DNA of 64,000 bases from IMG/VR virus record IMGVR_UViG_3300032135_000003, positions 32,001 to 96,000 of that record; one strand, given 5' to 3'. Each line of letters begins with the position of its first letter. Positions within the stretch are counted from its first letter, which is position 1. A model generated the notes under the pieces. That model made no database searches, was not told the DNA's origin, and saw nothing but the letters and a program-made list of their open reading frames with translations. Position numbers and translations under genes: made by a program. Source of the DNA: a virus (taxonomy: Duplodnaviria; Caudoviricetes). This document shows positions 25,692 through 35,605 of this stretch, piece after piece.

Positions 25692-26303
25692 ATGAAAGAA
25701 ATTTTTACTACGTTTCTACACAGTTTTACGTACAAAAAAGGTTCTATAGTTGCTCTCAGTATCCCTACCAGTTTTGGAATAGAAGTATTTGTTAGGGGAG
25801 AAAGTTTTTTTGGTATTAGTTTAGGGTTAGTCTTAGTTCTTTCCGTACTTATTACTATTGATTTTGTTACAGGCTTAGCAGCCGCCAAAATCAAAAATAT
25901 ACCAGTAGAGTCAAAGCTTTTAGCCAAGACTTTTTATAAGTGCCTTGTTATCTTTTTGTTTTTTTGGGTATTATTCGAGGTAAATCTTGAAGTAGCCGAT
26001 AACATAAAAGAAGATAACAAACCAATATCAAATTTTGTTTATCAGAATGCAGGAGCTTTTATAGCTTTTATACGAACATTTATGTTCATCTTAATCACTT
26101 TTAGGGAGTGGATAAGTATAGGAGAAAACTCTGAAAAAATTGTTGGGCAAAAGTATTACATTTTCTCAGTTACTGAAAAACTATTTGGAGTTATAGAAAG
26201 AAAATTTATGACTAAGATAGAGAGAGAACTTGATGACTTTGGAGTAATAAATAGAACTGAAGAAGAAGAGGAAACACCAACACCCAGGAGAAGAAGGAGA
26301 TGA
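25692..26303 (+). CDS. Holin
   Basis: Several transmembrane segments, IDFVTG and E..SIGEN motifs of holin family 4, and a charged C-terminus. It precedes the endolysin. Confidence 0.8.
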   Translation: MKEIFTTFLHSFTYKKGSIVALSIPTSFGIEVFVRGESFFGISLGLVLVLSVLITIDFVTGLAAAKIKNIPVESKLLAKTFYKCLVIFLFFWVLFEVNLEVADNIKEDNKPISNFVYQNAGAFIAFIRTFMFILITFREWISIGENSEKIVGQKYYIFSVTEKLFGVIERKFMTKIERELDDFGVINRTEEEEETPTPRRRRR

Positions 26304-26893
26304 AAAAAAGATTAACAGATGAGGATTTTCAATGGGCTGCAAAAGAAATAGGTTGCAGTATAGCAGCTATTAGAGCAGTTGATGAAGTTGAAAGTAGAGG
26401 AGAAGGTTTTAATAAAGACGGCTCCCCTAAGATTTTATTTGAAGGTCATAAATTTCATAAATACACAGAAGGGAAGTTTACAGGAATAGAAGAATATAAA
26501 GATATTAGTTATACAAGGTGGACTAGAAAATGGTATGCAACAGGAGCTAATTCTGAAATAAGACAACAAAAAGAATACTTAAGGTTTGAAAGAGCTGCTA
26601 ATTTAGATGAAGCCGCAGCTATAAAATCTACAAGCTGGGGGAGGTATCAAATCATGGGCTTTAACTACAAGTTAGTTGGGTTTGATGATATATTTACTTT
26701 TTACTATACCATGGGTGATAATGAGTTAGAACACCTGATATCTTTTGTGGAATATATATTCAGCACAAATTTACAAAAAAGTCTTATTAACGAAGACTGG
26801 GAGACCTTCGCTAGACTTTATAACGGAAAAGCAAATGTAAGAATTTACGCTCCTAAAATGGAGAGAGCATTTAAAAAGCACAGCAATGTTTAG
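26300..26893 (+). CDS. Endolysin, N-acetylmuramidase (DUF3380 family)
   Basis: AVDEVESRG.GF, KILFEGHKF, STSWGRYQIMGFN and FARLYNG. Confidence 0.92.
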   Translation: MKKRLTDEDFQWAAKEIGCSIAAIRAVDEVESRGEGFNKDGSPKILFEGHKFHKYTEGKFTGIEEYKDISYTRWTRKWYATGANSEIRQQKEYLRFERAANLDEAAAIKSTSWGRYQIMGFNYKLVGFDDIFTFYYTMGDNELEHLISFVEYIFSTNLQKSLINEDWETFARLYNGKANVRIYAPKMERAFKKHSNV

Positions 26894-27611
26894 AACAATG
26901 AAACATGTACTGATAGCCGTAGGAACATTATTGATCCTACTGGCTTTTTTTAAATTAACTCAAAATTACTACAGAGAAGAGATAAGAGCTGAAAAACAAA
27001 AAACAAAAGTCCAATTATTAAGAAACAGCAAACTGGTCAAAGTTGCAGAAGGGCAATATGAAAAGTTGGTTGCAGATACACTTACAAAAAATCAACTCAA
27101 AAGGATAGTAGACAGTTTAAAAATAAAAGTAGATAATCCAGTAATAGTAGAAAGGGTTATCATAAAGTATAAAAATACTCAGACAGCTATTGAGGATGTG
27201 ACTGTGGAAGATAGTCTAGTACAAGTAGTAGATTATTATCCAAATAAAAGTAATCCTTATATAACTTACAGGTCTACAATAAACACACTTACAAAAAAAG
27301 GAAAAGGGGATTTTTCTTTTGGAAAACTTCCAATATCAGTAGTAGTAAGTGAAGAAGATGGTATTTATAAAGCAAGCTTAAAAGCCCCAGATTTTGTAGA
27401 GTTAGAGAACTTTGATTTTCAAGCTACGCCATTAGAGCCTGTAGAAAAAGATAATTGGGGTACACTTTTAGGAGCAGGGTATATTCAAAACTTCACTGAG
27501 AAAACACATGGCGTAGGAATAAGTGGTGGAATACGCTTTAAGAGAGTTTACGTTTTGGGAACAGTTCAAACAAATAGCACAGCAGGATTAACCTTATTAA
27601 TAGAATTTTAA
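26886..27611 (+). CDS. Spanin-like membrane-anchored protein
   Basis: N-terminal transmembrane helix, coiled coil and C-terminal beta strands ending in Phe. It follows the endolysin. Confidence 0.6.
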   Translation: MFRTMKHVLIAVGTLLILLAFFKLTQNYYREEIRAEKQKTKVQLLRNSKLVKVAEGQYEKLVADTLTKNQLKRIVDSLKIKVDNPVIVERVIIKYKNTQTAIEDVTVEDSLVQVVDYYPNKSNPYITYRSTINTLTKKGKGDFSFGKLPISVVVSEEDGIYKASLKAPDFVELENFDFQATPLEPVEKDNWGTLLGAGYIQNFTEKTHGVGISGGIRFKRVYVLGTVQTNSTAGLTLLIEF

Positions 27612-27613
27612 CT

Positions 27614-28108
27614 ATGGCTTTAGATTTTGAGATTATAAAAACAGACGACCCCAAAAAACTTATCATAAGTGACTCCTCAGATTGGACAGGTTTAGGCGTA
27701 GCACAAATAGAAATTCTACTCCCTGACTGCTTAACACCAGAGGTTTTAACCTTTAATAAAAACATAATTAATACTTTTTACTTTGCAGACTTAGCTTTAA
27801 CCGTTGAAGAACTGCCTGATGGTATGTACACTATTAATCTAAAAGACTTTGAAACCACTGTAAATTTGAGTAAAGATTACCTAAGGACAGCTAACCTAAG
27901 GTTGGAAATAGATAAACTGTATTTAAAGTGTTTTAATAAATATGATTTTATATCAGAATATTTTGTAGAGAGTATATCAAATATAAACCTTTATCTGGAA
28001 TCGGCTTATGCCAATGTAAGAAATGGAGACACAAAAAGAGCAGTTTCTTTTTACTTAAAAATAAGAGATAAAGTAGACAGTTTTTTAAGATGTAACACCT
28101 GTGTATAA
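27614..28108 (+). CDS. Tail hub/structural protein
   Basis: 164 aa with an LPDGMYTI motif, before the tail fibre genes. Confidence 0.6.
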   Translation: MALDFEIIKTDDPKKLIISDSSDWTGLGVAQIEILLPDCLTPEVLTFNKNIINTFYFADLALTVEELPDGMYTINLKDFETTVNLSKDYLRTANLRLEIDKLYLKCFNKYDFISEYFVESISNINLYLESAYANVRNGDTKRAVSFYLKIRDKVDSFLRCNTCV

Positions 28109-28356
28109 TGAGTGCACAAACTATAAACCCATTAGAAACAGAAAAACTACTTACAAAGATAGACACTACTTTAGTATCAATGGCAAATAGCCTTTATGTA
28201 AAAGAAAGATTTGACATAGGAGAAACTTATTGTCAATTTGATTTTGCAAAACTACTGCAATTAAGAAGATTAATTGAAAGTGAGGATACAATTATTCAGG
28301 AAGATGTCAAAGCTATTCAAGCCCTTTTAACCCGACTTCAAAACAACTACTTATAA
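28108..28356 (+). CDS. Small structural/hypothetical protein
   Basis: 82 aa with a TAATG overlap. Confidence 0.7.
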   Translation: MSAQTINPLETEKLLTKIDTTLVSMANSLYVKERFDIGETYCQFDFAKLLQLRRLIESEDTIIQEDVKAIQALLTRLQNNYL

Positions 28357-28357
28357 G

Positions 28358-29470
28358 ATGGCCTATAATGCAATAATAAACGATGAGGGAGCTTGTATCA
28401 CCCCTTCCTTAACAAAGGTAGAAGTTATAGGGAACACTATAAGAATAACTTTTACAGATGGTACTATAAAAGAAGATATTTTACCTATTGTAGACTACTC
28501 AGTAGCTATCTCTGGAAAAGCTCCTTTAGTGCATACACATTTATTAGCAAACATTACTGATTTTAATGGGGCTTTATATGCAACAGCAGCACAAGGAGCT
28601 AAAGCTGATTCTGCAATTCAAACTGGGGCTAATATTTCTGCATTTGTAAATGATGCTGGATATCTTATAAGTACAGACATAGCAAGTTTTTCTTCACACC
28701 TTATAGACTATGTTAACCCACATCGAGTAACAGCTACACAAGTAGGTTTAGGAAGCGTAAATAATACTGCGGATACAGCTAAGCCCGTATCTACATTACA
28801 ACAAACTGCCATAACAGGTGCTATCAATACAGCGAAGTCTTATACAAATTTAGTTGGTGCTACAAAAGTAGATAAAGTAACTGGGAGTAGGCTTATTACC
28901 ATTTTAGAGGGGGATAAACTGGCAAAATTTGATGAAGAGCACTATAGAGTACCAGTAGCAACTTTAGTAGCACTAACAGCTTTATTAGAGGTCAATCTTT
29001 TTGATAAAGAAAGAAGATATGTGGCTGCTGAGGGCAAGGATTATTTTTACGATGCACTAGCAACATCAGGAGATGCAGCACCAAACGATCAAACAGTAGG
29101 AATAGGATTTTGGAAAACTTCGGTAGCTACTGGAACCAGCAGTTATGAGTGGATACTCAGAACTGGGGGAGTTTTTAGAAAGACTGTTATTACTGGAACT
29201 ATAATAGATTTTAAAGCATCGGGACTTTTAAGTGTAACTTACACAGCAGAGGGAATAATTACCTATTCAACCACAGCTACTCAAAACTCTACAGATGCTA
29301 ATTTAAGAGATCGTACAACACACACTGGTACACAATCAATAAGTACAATCACAAATTTACAACAAACATTAGACACTCTTATTATACCTGTAGCAAACCA
29401 AACAGCGTATGATAATTTAGCATCAGCAGGAACTAACGTAGCAGGAGCTCTTTATTTAATCCCTTGTTAA
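28358..29470 (+). CDS. Tail fibre protein
   Basis: HTHLLANITDF, NPHRVTATQVGLGSVNNTADTAKPVST and LRDRTTHTGTQSISTITNLQ are typical trimeric fibre motifs. Confidence 0.85.
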   Translation: MAYNAIINDEGACITPSLTKVEVIGNTIRITFTDGTIKEDILPIVDYSVAISGKAPLVHTHLLANITDFNGALYATAAQGAKADSAIQTGANISAFVNDAGYLISTDIASFSSHLIDYVNPHRVTATQVGLGSVNNTADTAKPVSTLQQTAITGAINTAKSYTNLVGATKVDKVTGSRLITILEGDKLAKFDEEHYRVPVATLVALTALLEVNLFDKERRYVAAEGKDYFYDALATSGDAAPNDQTVGIGFWKTSVATGTSSYEWILRTGGVFRKTVITGTIIDFKASGLLSVTYTAEGIITYSTTATQNSTDANLRDRTTHTGTQSISTITNLQQTLDTLIIPVANQTAYDNLASAGTNVAGALYLIPC

Positions 29471-29471
29471 T

Positions 29472-30428
29472 ATGGCCTTTATAATAGACAATACTGAATA
29501 TTGCAAAGCTTATATAGATGGAATAGAATATTGTGCTGGCTATATAGATGGAGTAAAAGTTTTTGGATGTGTAGTTGATACACCACCTACGGTTGTCGAC
29601 TCAGTAGCAAATTTAACAAGTAATATTTTCACGTTTTCAACTGCATCCTTTACCAATGGATTCGCAGATGCGGGTGGGGATAGTTTTGAGAGAGTATATA
29701 TTGAGGCTTTGCCTATTGTAGGAACTTTAAAATTATTTGGAAATCCTGTAACTGTAGGAACTAATTTCTTAGCAATAAACGCATCAGGACTAAAATTTCA
29801 TTTGGACGATAAATACTCAGTCTATAATTTTATAATATATGAGTATGAGAAAAGTGTAACCTTAATTGTAGCAGAAAAAAAAGACCTTGGGTATAATTTA
29901 ACTACTAATATTGATGGGCTTCTTACTTTCACTAATTCAACTAATTCATCAGATATTATATCTATCCAAGGAGTAACAAAGAACAGTTCTTTTATGACCA
30001 CCTCTTTTAGAATCACAGATGACAGTGTATTTAAAAGCCAAAGTAATTTAGCAGATCACAATTTAAATACTACAGCTACCAATATAAATATAAAAACGCA
30101 AAATCAATTACCTACTACTGGAGATAACACTATAGAACTATATTCAGTTAGTGATGCCAGAATATTAGAGACAGAGTTTTTTACCAATACTAATCCTGCA
30201 TACAATGACCCAGAAGGAGATCTACCTTATATATTAATAGTAAAAACAATACCTGATCCTATAACGGAAGGGACTCTATTTTTGAGAGGATATATAATTA
30301 AGCCAGAGGACAGGATTTATTTTGTAGAAGATATAGATACTCAAGAATTTAAATTTATTCCATCAGAAACATTAAATCAAGTCAATATTAGTTTTGATTT
30401 TGAAATAATAGACATAGCACACAAATGA
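29472..30428 (+). CDS. Tail-associated protein with cadherin/Ig-like domains
   Basis: Two related modules (F.DAGGD...I..LP..GTL.L and YNDPEGD...I..IP....GTL.L). Confidence 0.65.
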   Translation: MAFIIDNTEYCKAYIDGIEYCAGYIDGVKVFGCVVDTPPTVVDSVANLTSNIFTFSTASFTNGFADAGGDSFERVYIEALPIVGTLKLFGNPVTVGTNFLAINASGLKFHLDDKYSVYNFIIYEYEKSVTLIVAEKKDLGYNLTTNIDGLLTFTNSTNSSDIISIQGVTKNSSFMTTSFRITDDSVFKSQSNLADHNLNTTATNINIKTQNQLPTTGDNTIELYSVSDARILETEFFTNTNPAYNDPEGDLPYILIVKTIPDPITEGTLFLRGYIIKPEDRIYFVEDIDTQEFKFIPSETLNQVNISFDFEIIDIAHK

Positions 30429-30429
30429 T

Positions 30430-33054
30430 ATGGGAACATTAACAATGCAATTAGTGTCTCTTGCAGACAAAGTTGATAAAGGAGGAAATCTGATAGACAC
30501 TGGACAAACCTTACGTGATAGTATTGATTTAAAAGCAAACGATGCAGAGGTGGTAAAGATAGACGGAAGTGCAGCTATGACAGCTCCTTTGCGTTTTACT
30601 CCATTAACAGACCCTACAGCTCCTGTAATCACCAATATTGGAACGGCAGGAACTGGAGCAGTTGCGGAAGTAGATAGTTTAAATATAACAGCAGCCCCAA
30701 CAGCAGATGGAAATGTAGCTGTAGGATTAAACGGAGTTTCTGTTAATGTAGCTGTAACCATAGGTGCTGCGGAAGTTTCTTCATTAGTTATTACAGGAAC
30801 AGTTACTACCGCAGGAAGTGTAGATATTTCTTTAAATGGGGTAATAACTTCGGTAGCTGTAGCTTTAAATGATACCAATGTACAGGTTGCGGACAAAATA
30901 AGAGCAGCAGCTTTCACAGGCTGGACTACAGGAGGAACAGCCGCTACCGATACGGTTACTTTTACTTCAAATACAGTAGGAGTTAAAACAGACACAACGT
31001 ATGCTATAGGTACATCAGCAGGAGCTACGGGAGTAGTAACCACTACCACACAAGGAGTAGATGCTGATACAACTACTACTGTAGCTACTAAAATAAGAGG
31101 AACGGCATTTACTGGATGGACTACTTCGGGAACTGCTACAAATGTAATCTTTACATCGGATACGACAGGAGATAAAACAGATGCAACGTATTCGGCAGGA
31201 ACTACAGGAGCAACTGGAACAATAACTACCACCACACAAGGCAAGGCTGACACTACTGCAACTTATAATTACTATATAGTAGCGGAGGATTCTTTAGGAC
31301 GTAAAACCTTAGTATCTCCCGTAGGAAGTACCGCCACAGGAAATGCAACTTTAAGTGCTACTAATTATAATAAAATAGATTGGACGGCAGTAGTTGGAGC
31401 AGTTAAATATTACGTCTTAAAAGGTACTACAGGCACTTTATTAGGGATATCTACTACGAATACTTTAAATGACATAGGGCAAACCACTTCAATATTTACG
31501 CCACCTACTAGAAATACTACTGTATATGCTATAAATAATAACGAAGCAGTTGTTAAGGGGCAATTAGATTTAAAACAAGACTTAATAACCTACACCCCAG
31601 CCAATGATGCAGAGGTGGTGAAGAGCGTGACAGGTTCAGCAGTTGATAATACCGATTCACAGAATCCTATAGTTAATATTTCTATTGCCCCAGAACCAAC
31701 AGCAGGCCAAACAGTTGTATATAAAGATACTTATGCTGATTTCCCTACTACAGGATCGATAGATACGCTTTATGTAGATAATGAGAAAGGAGTTATATAT
31801 ACTTGGAACGTAGATCTTGCTGATTACCTAAAAGAAGGAGGAACACAAATACAAACTGATTGGAATGAAGGGGATAATACAAGTCCTGCTTATATAAGGA
31901 ATAAACCAAACATAAATGCAAGTTTTAAACCCTTAATAATAAGAGTTACTGTAGCTGCAAATACTACTATAGTACTTCCACTTGAAGAAGGCTTTGTATA
32001 TGATTTTACAGTAGATTGGGGTGATGGTACTCCTTTGTATTCTATAAACGAATGGCCACAAGATCATCTTTTTATAAACGCAGGCACATATGATATTAAA
32101 ATAAAAGGAAAACTTGGTTGTTTTCGTTTCAGTCCACTTACTGATATAACAACAAGAAATAGTGTAGTTGAAGTAGTAAGTTGGGGAGATATCGTATGGA
32201 ACGTAGTGCGATTTGGGGATTGTGCAAATTTAACAACACTTCCAGCAGCTGAGAGTCCAAATTTAATAAACGTAACTGACCTTACTTATTTTATAGAATA
32301 TACAGGTGTGACAGTTTTACCACCTGATTTACTTAGACACGCAATAAATGTAACTTCATTTAGGGGGTTTGCTTTTGGAAGTCCTATTGCTACTATCCCT
32401 GCTGATTTTCTTAGTTATTGTTATTCTGCAATAAACTTTACAAATGCTTTTTGGAGATGTAGTTTAACTGCTATCCCTTCTGGATTATTTAGAAATTGTC
32501 TTAATGCAAGAACTTTTATACAAACATTCAAAGAAAATGCACTCCAAAGTGTACCTACTGATTTATTTGATTATTGTGAATTTGCAGAAGATTTTACTAG
32601 TTGTTTTTCAGATAATGATATACTAACTTTTCCAAATGGAATCCATAAATTCAATTTACGAACGGTTGCTCACGTATATGAATTTAGATTTAGTGATAAT
32701 ATGGCAGGCGCTGTTGACCCGTTATGGTTAAGAAATCCTGAACTTTCTGGAAGTAACTTTATTACTTCTACACTTGTAACAAATTTAGCTGAAATACCAA
32801 CAGCTTGGGGAGGTACTTTTGTAGGTACTTATACTAAATATACACTAAAGGAGGAAGGATATTGGGATACTGCAACAGATCAACCAGTGTGGCTAATAAA
32901 TGGGGTTTGGAAAACAGCAGCAGGAGGCCAAGATTTAAGTGGAAAATTAGATAAGCAAACTAATATACAAGGATTCTGGACTGGTACAGCAGCAGAACAT
33001 ACAGCTCAGAACATTGAAGCTCAGACCAATATAATTGCATTTATAGAAGGATAA
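30430..33054 (+). CDS. Tail fibre/receptor-binding protein with nested Thr-rich domains, a PKD-like domain and BspA-like LRRs
   Basis: Duplicated KIR..AFTGWTT.GT units, FTVDWGDG, and repeats L..IP..LF..C..A..F...F. Confidence 0.8.
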   Translation: MGTLTMQLVSLADKVDKGGNLIDTGQTLRDSIDLKANDAEVVKIDGSAAMTAPLRFTPLTDPTAPVITNIGTAGTGAVAEVDSLNITAAPTADGNVAVGLNGVSVNVAVTIGAAEVSSLVITGTVTTAGSVDISLNGVITSVAVALNDTNVQVADKIRAAAFTGWTTGGTAATDTVTFTSNTVGVKTDTTYAIGTSAGATGVVTTTTQGVDADTTTTVATKIRGTAFTGWTTSGTATNVIFTSDTTGDKTDATYSAGTTGATGTITTTTQGKADTTATYNYYIVAEDSLGRKTLVSPVGSTATGNATLSATNYNKIDWTAVVGAVKYYVLKGTTGTLLGISTTNTLNDIGQTTSIFTPPTRNTTVYAINNNEAVVKGQLDLKQDLITYTPANDAEVVKSVTGSAVDNTDSQNPIVNISIAPEPTAGQTVVYKDTYADFPTTGSIDTLYVDNEKGVIYTWNVDLADYLKEGGTQIQTDWNEGDNTSPAYIRNKPNINASFKPLIIRVTVAANTTIVLPLEEGFVYDFTVDWGDGTPLYSINEWPQDHLFINAGTYDIKIKGKLGCFRFSPLTDITTRNSVVEVVSWGDIVWNVVRFGDCANLTTLPAAESPNLINVTDLTYFIEYTGVTVLPPDLLRHAINVTSFRGFAFGSPIATIPADFLSYCYSAINFTNAFWRCSLTAIPSGLFRNCLNARTFIQTFKENALQSVPTDLFDYCEFAEDFTSCFSDNDILTFPNGIHKFNLRTVAHVYEFRFSDNMAGAVDPLWLRNPELSGSNFITSTLVTNLAEIPTAWGGTFVGTYTKYTLKEEGYWDTATDQPVWLINGVWKTAAGGQDLSGKLDKQTNIQGFWTGTAAEHTAQNIEAQTNIIAFIEG

Positions 33055-33893
33055 TGAAAAGAGGACTAACAGATATTATAAACGTAATGAGAGGTAGTAC
33101 CCAAGTAACTAAGGTTATGAGGGGTACTGTCTTGATATGGGAAAAGGCAGTAGGAGGGTATGATGCAGATTACCAAGCAGTATTAGATTATGCAACTGCA
33201 AACGCAATAGTATTACCAACAGGTGTACAGCAAGATATAGATAATCAGTTAATGATAGATTATAAAGCAACAGGAGCGTGGAATAAAAATGATTCTGTGT
33301 TTAAGTTTGAAGGCACAGCTGACCCCGCATTTAAGTTAATTGATTGGAAAAGGTTAATTTTAGGAGCTACTTTTGGTAGTGTAACGTGGGATGTTGACGG
33401 CATAAAAGGGAATGGTACAAATGCTTATTTCAATCCACATTTTAACCCTTCACTTCACGGGGTTAATTACACAACGACAAACGCTTCAATTATGTTTACG
33501 CAAACAGCTCTTGGATTGGGCGATAGAGCTATTTTCGGGATGTATGAAGGAGATTCTAATACTTATTGTTTATCATTCCCTAACGATGGTGTTGGTTCAT
33601 ATATTATTGTTAACGGAATTGTTAATGATTCACAAAGTGTAAGACACGATTATTTAGGACTTACATCTATAAATAGATTAACCGCTACTTCTGCGAATGT
33701 AAATACAAATACACCTGCAACTACAACACAAGAAACAAGTTCTTATAATGGGCTTCCTCAATCTGAAATCTATATAATGGCTCGTAATTATAATGGTACA
33801 CCTGACCTTTTTTGGGATGGTAAATTAGGGTTTGTGTCTTTCGGAAGCGATAAAACAGAAATCCACAACAGCATAAAAACAGTTTTAGAATAA
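33054..33893 (+). CDS. Tail fibre-associated protein (lectin-like C-terminus)
   Basis: N-terminal VMRG..VTKVMRG..LIW adaptor motif, YQAVLDYAT and GNGTNAY. Confidence 0.65.
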   Translation: MKRGLTDIINVMRGSTQVTKVMRGTVLIWEKAVGGYDADYQAVLDYATANAIVLPTGVQQDIDNQLMIDYKATGAWNKNDSVFKFEGTADPAFKLIDWKRLILGATFGSVTWDVDGIKGNGTNAYFNPHFNPSLHGVNYTTTNASIMFTQTALGLGDRAIFGMYEGDSNTYCLSFPNDGVGSYIIVNGIVNDSQSVRHDYLGLTSINRLTATSANVNTNTPATTTQETSSYNGLPQSEIYIMARNYNGTPDLFWDGKLGFVSFGSDKTEIHNSIKTVLE

Positions 33894-34081
33894 TGAACGC
33901 ATATAGAATAACGTTAGAACAGAAGAACGCTATAGAAAATCAACTCTTTGCACCCTCTCAATTTTTTAACCCCGTGCAGGACATCAACGGTGATTGGTTC
34001 ATTTTTAAACAGGAATTTAAGCAATGTGGATTAGGTGTCTTAACCGATTTTATACCACCACCAAGTGAACCAATAATTTAA
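33893..34081 (+). CDS. Small tail-associated protein
   Basis: 62 aa, FFNPVQDINGDWFI motif, TAATG overlap. Confidence 0.7.
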   Translation: MNAYRITLEQKNAIENQLFAPSQFFNPVQDINGDWFIFKQEFKQCGLGVLTDFIPPPSEPII

Positions 34082-34092
34082 TATAATTTAAA

Positions 34093-34197
34093 ATGAAAAA
34101 CTGGTTTGACAAAGAACAACCAACGTGGAAAATATTCCTTTGGGTATTTAGCATATTATTAGGAATCATTATCACCTCATTTTTAATATTCGAATAA
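34093..34197 (+). CDS. Small membrane peptide (34 aa, not in ORF track)
   Basis: MKNWFDKEQPTWKIFLWVFSILLGIIITSFLIFE*. Confidence 0.55.
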   Translation: MKNWFDKEQPTWKIFLWVFSILLGIIITSFLIFE

Positions 34198-34292
34198 TGA
34201 AAAAACTACTTATTTTATTGCTGTTCATTGGGCTGAATGTATCGGCACAAACACAGGCGAAAATCCCCGTCCTAATTAGTGTAAACATTTAA
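34197..34292 (+). pseudogene. Signal-peptide-only ORF (31 aa), probable truncated gene
   Basis: MKKLLILLLFIGLNVSAQTQAKIPVLISVNI* is a typical Bacteroidota signal peptide with almost no mature part. Confidence 0.45.
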
Positions 34293-34332
34293 AATATTAA
34301 GTAGGGTTTTTGGTCATCCTTACTTTAACAAG

Positions 34333-34360
34333 AGGAGGAAGCATATTGTTTCCTCCTTTC
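34333..34360 (+). terminator. Terminator ending the lysis/tail fibre operon
   Basis: Stem AGGAGGAAGCA/TGTTTCCTCCT followed by TTC. Confidence 0.7.
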
Positions 34361-34376
34361 GTTGTTATAAACCACT

Positions 34377-34419
34377 AATTAATGTATTTTATATAACATT
34401 AATAAATAAGTATCTTTGC
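34377..34419 (+). promoter_or_regulatory. Putative late promoter
   Basis: AATTAATGTATTTT-N20-TATCTTTG, with the same 14-mer and spacing as at 14451. Confidence 0.65.
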
Positions 34420-34447
34420 AGATATTTCCCTATTTCCCCATTTTACT

Positions 34448-35131
34448 ATGAAAAATTCAGAAGCCACATCTAAAGTTATAAACGCTCTTAAGTATTTAAA
34501 CAAAGATCAGCATATAAGTAGAAGGTTTGTTCTTAACAAACTAAGGGAGAATGCAAAAAATTTAATAGCACAAAAATTAAAAGATAGAAGTCTATATAGG
34601 GAAGACAGCTTAGAAAGTTGGATTAACTGTTTGGAGATGGAAAAGATTGATTTAGTAAAATGTGATATCATAGAGTTCAAGACCTGTAAGGATTTAATGG
34701 TTTCCAAAAAAGAGCTTCCAGATATAATTTACAGTAGATTTGGGGCAGGATTAACAAAGGTGTACACAATTGATGGAGAAAAAGAGTACGAGTATGTGAC
34801 ACTTATGCAATACAATTTAAATAAAAGAAGGAACAACAAAAGTAAGAAATTCTTTTATATCAAAGATAATCACCTTTACTTACCAGACAGCACTACAGAG
34901 AGGGTTAATTTTCCAATACTTACTTTAGAAACAGAAAAAATCCCCGCATTAAATAGTTGTGATAATTCAACAAACTGTAATTCAGTGTGGGACTATGAAT
35001 TTGTGATAAGCGATAAACTTTTACAAACAGTTATAGGTATTACAGTTCAAGAACTTGCACAATTTAGAAATCTTGTAGTGGATGAAAACCCAAATTTATC
35101 TTCGAACATTAAAAGTAGTACAATACAGTAA
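34448..35131 (+). CDS. Tail ring protein
   Basis: INCLEM...C....SKKELP...FFYIKDNHLYLP pattern of crAss-like ring proteins. Confidence 0.7.
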   Translation: MKNSEATSKVINALKYLNKDQHISRRFVLNKLRENAKNLIAQKLKDRSLYREDSLESWINCLEMEKIDLVKCDIIEFKTCKDLMVSKKELPDIIYSRFGAGLTKVYTIDGEKEYEYVTLMQYNLNKRRNNKSKKFFYIKDNHLYLPDSTTERVNFPILTLETEKIPALNSCDNSTNCNSVWDYEFVISDKLLQTVIGITVQELAQFRNLVVDENPNLSSNIKSSTIQ

Positions 35132-35605
35132 ATGGATAAGATATTACCACAAACAAGGATATTAGGGAGAGAGGGTTTTAAGTTTTATAAGCAGAACTGT
35201 AATAAAGCTTTAAGAAATAAAAAGATTCACAGGGACAACCATTCTCAAATAGTAAGTGCAATTTTTAGAAATGTTGCACAAAAGCTTCTTCACAATACAA
35301 GCGGGGTATTTTTAACTGGGATTGGATATTTTTGTATTATGATGTACCCTAAGAGAATGATGCTCAGGAATAAATATAGTAAGACAGGAGCTAAGCATTT
35401 AAATGTAGATACTGATTACAGAAACTACAGCCCTCAATGGATTTCAAAGATGTACCCAAGTTTCTTTTATACTTGGACATTAGATAGAACTTTTTCCGAC
35501 ACAAATATCAGAAGACCTTTAGCACAGTTACTAAGAGCAGGGAAAAAATACATAATGGAATATACTCTTGTAAGATCACTTAAAGAGTCCAAATATAATA
35601 AGTAA
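35132..35605 (+). CDS. IHF/HU-like protein of the tail module
   Basis: Basic 157-aa protein with GVFLTGIGYFCI, sited between ring genes as in crAss-like phages. Confidence 0.55.
   Translation: MDKILPQTRILGREGFKFYKQNCNKALRNKKIHRDNHSQIVSAIFRNVAQKLLHNTSGVFLTGIGYFCIMMYPKRMMLRNKYSKTGAKHLNVDTDYRNYSPQWISKMYPSFFYTWTLDRTFSDTNIRRPLAQLLRAGKKYIMEYTLVRSLKESKYNK

Noticed and set aside
30372-31253. 293-aa minus-strand ORF
   Set aside because: Antisense shadow of the Thr/Ala/Gly-rich fibre region, whose codons give few reverse-strand stops.
33412-33642. 76-aa +1-frame ORF inside a tail gene
   Set aside because: Single occurrence with the Leu/Ile/Met-rich composition expected of a frame shadow of T-ending codons, and no repeated pattern.
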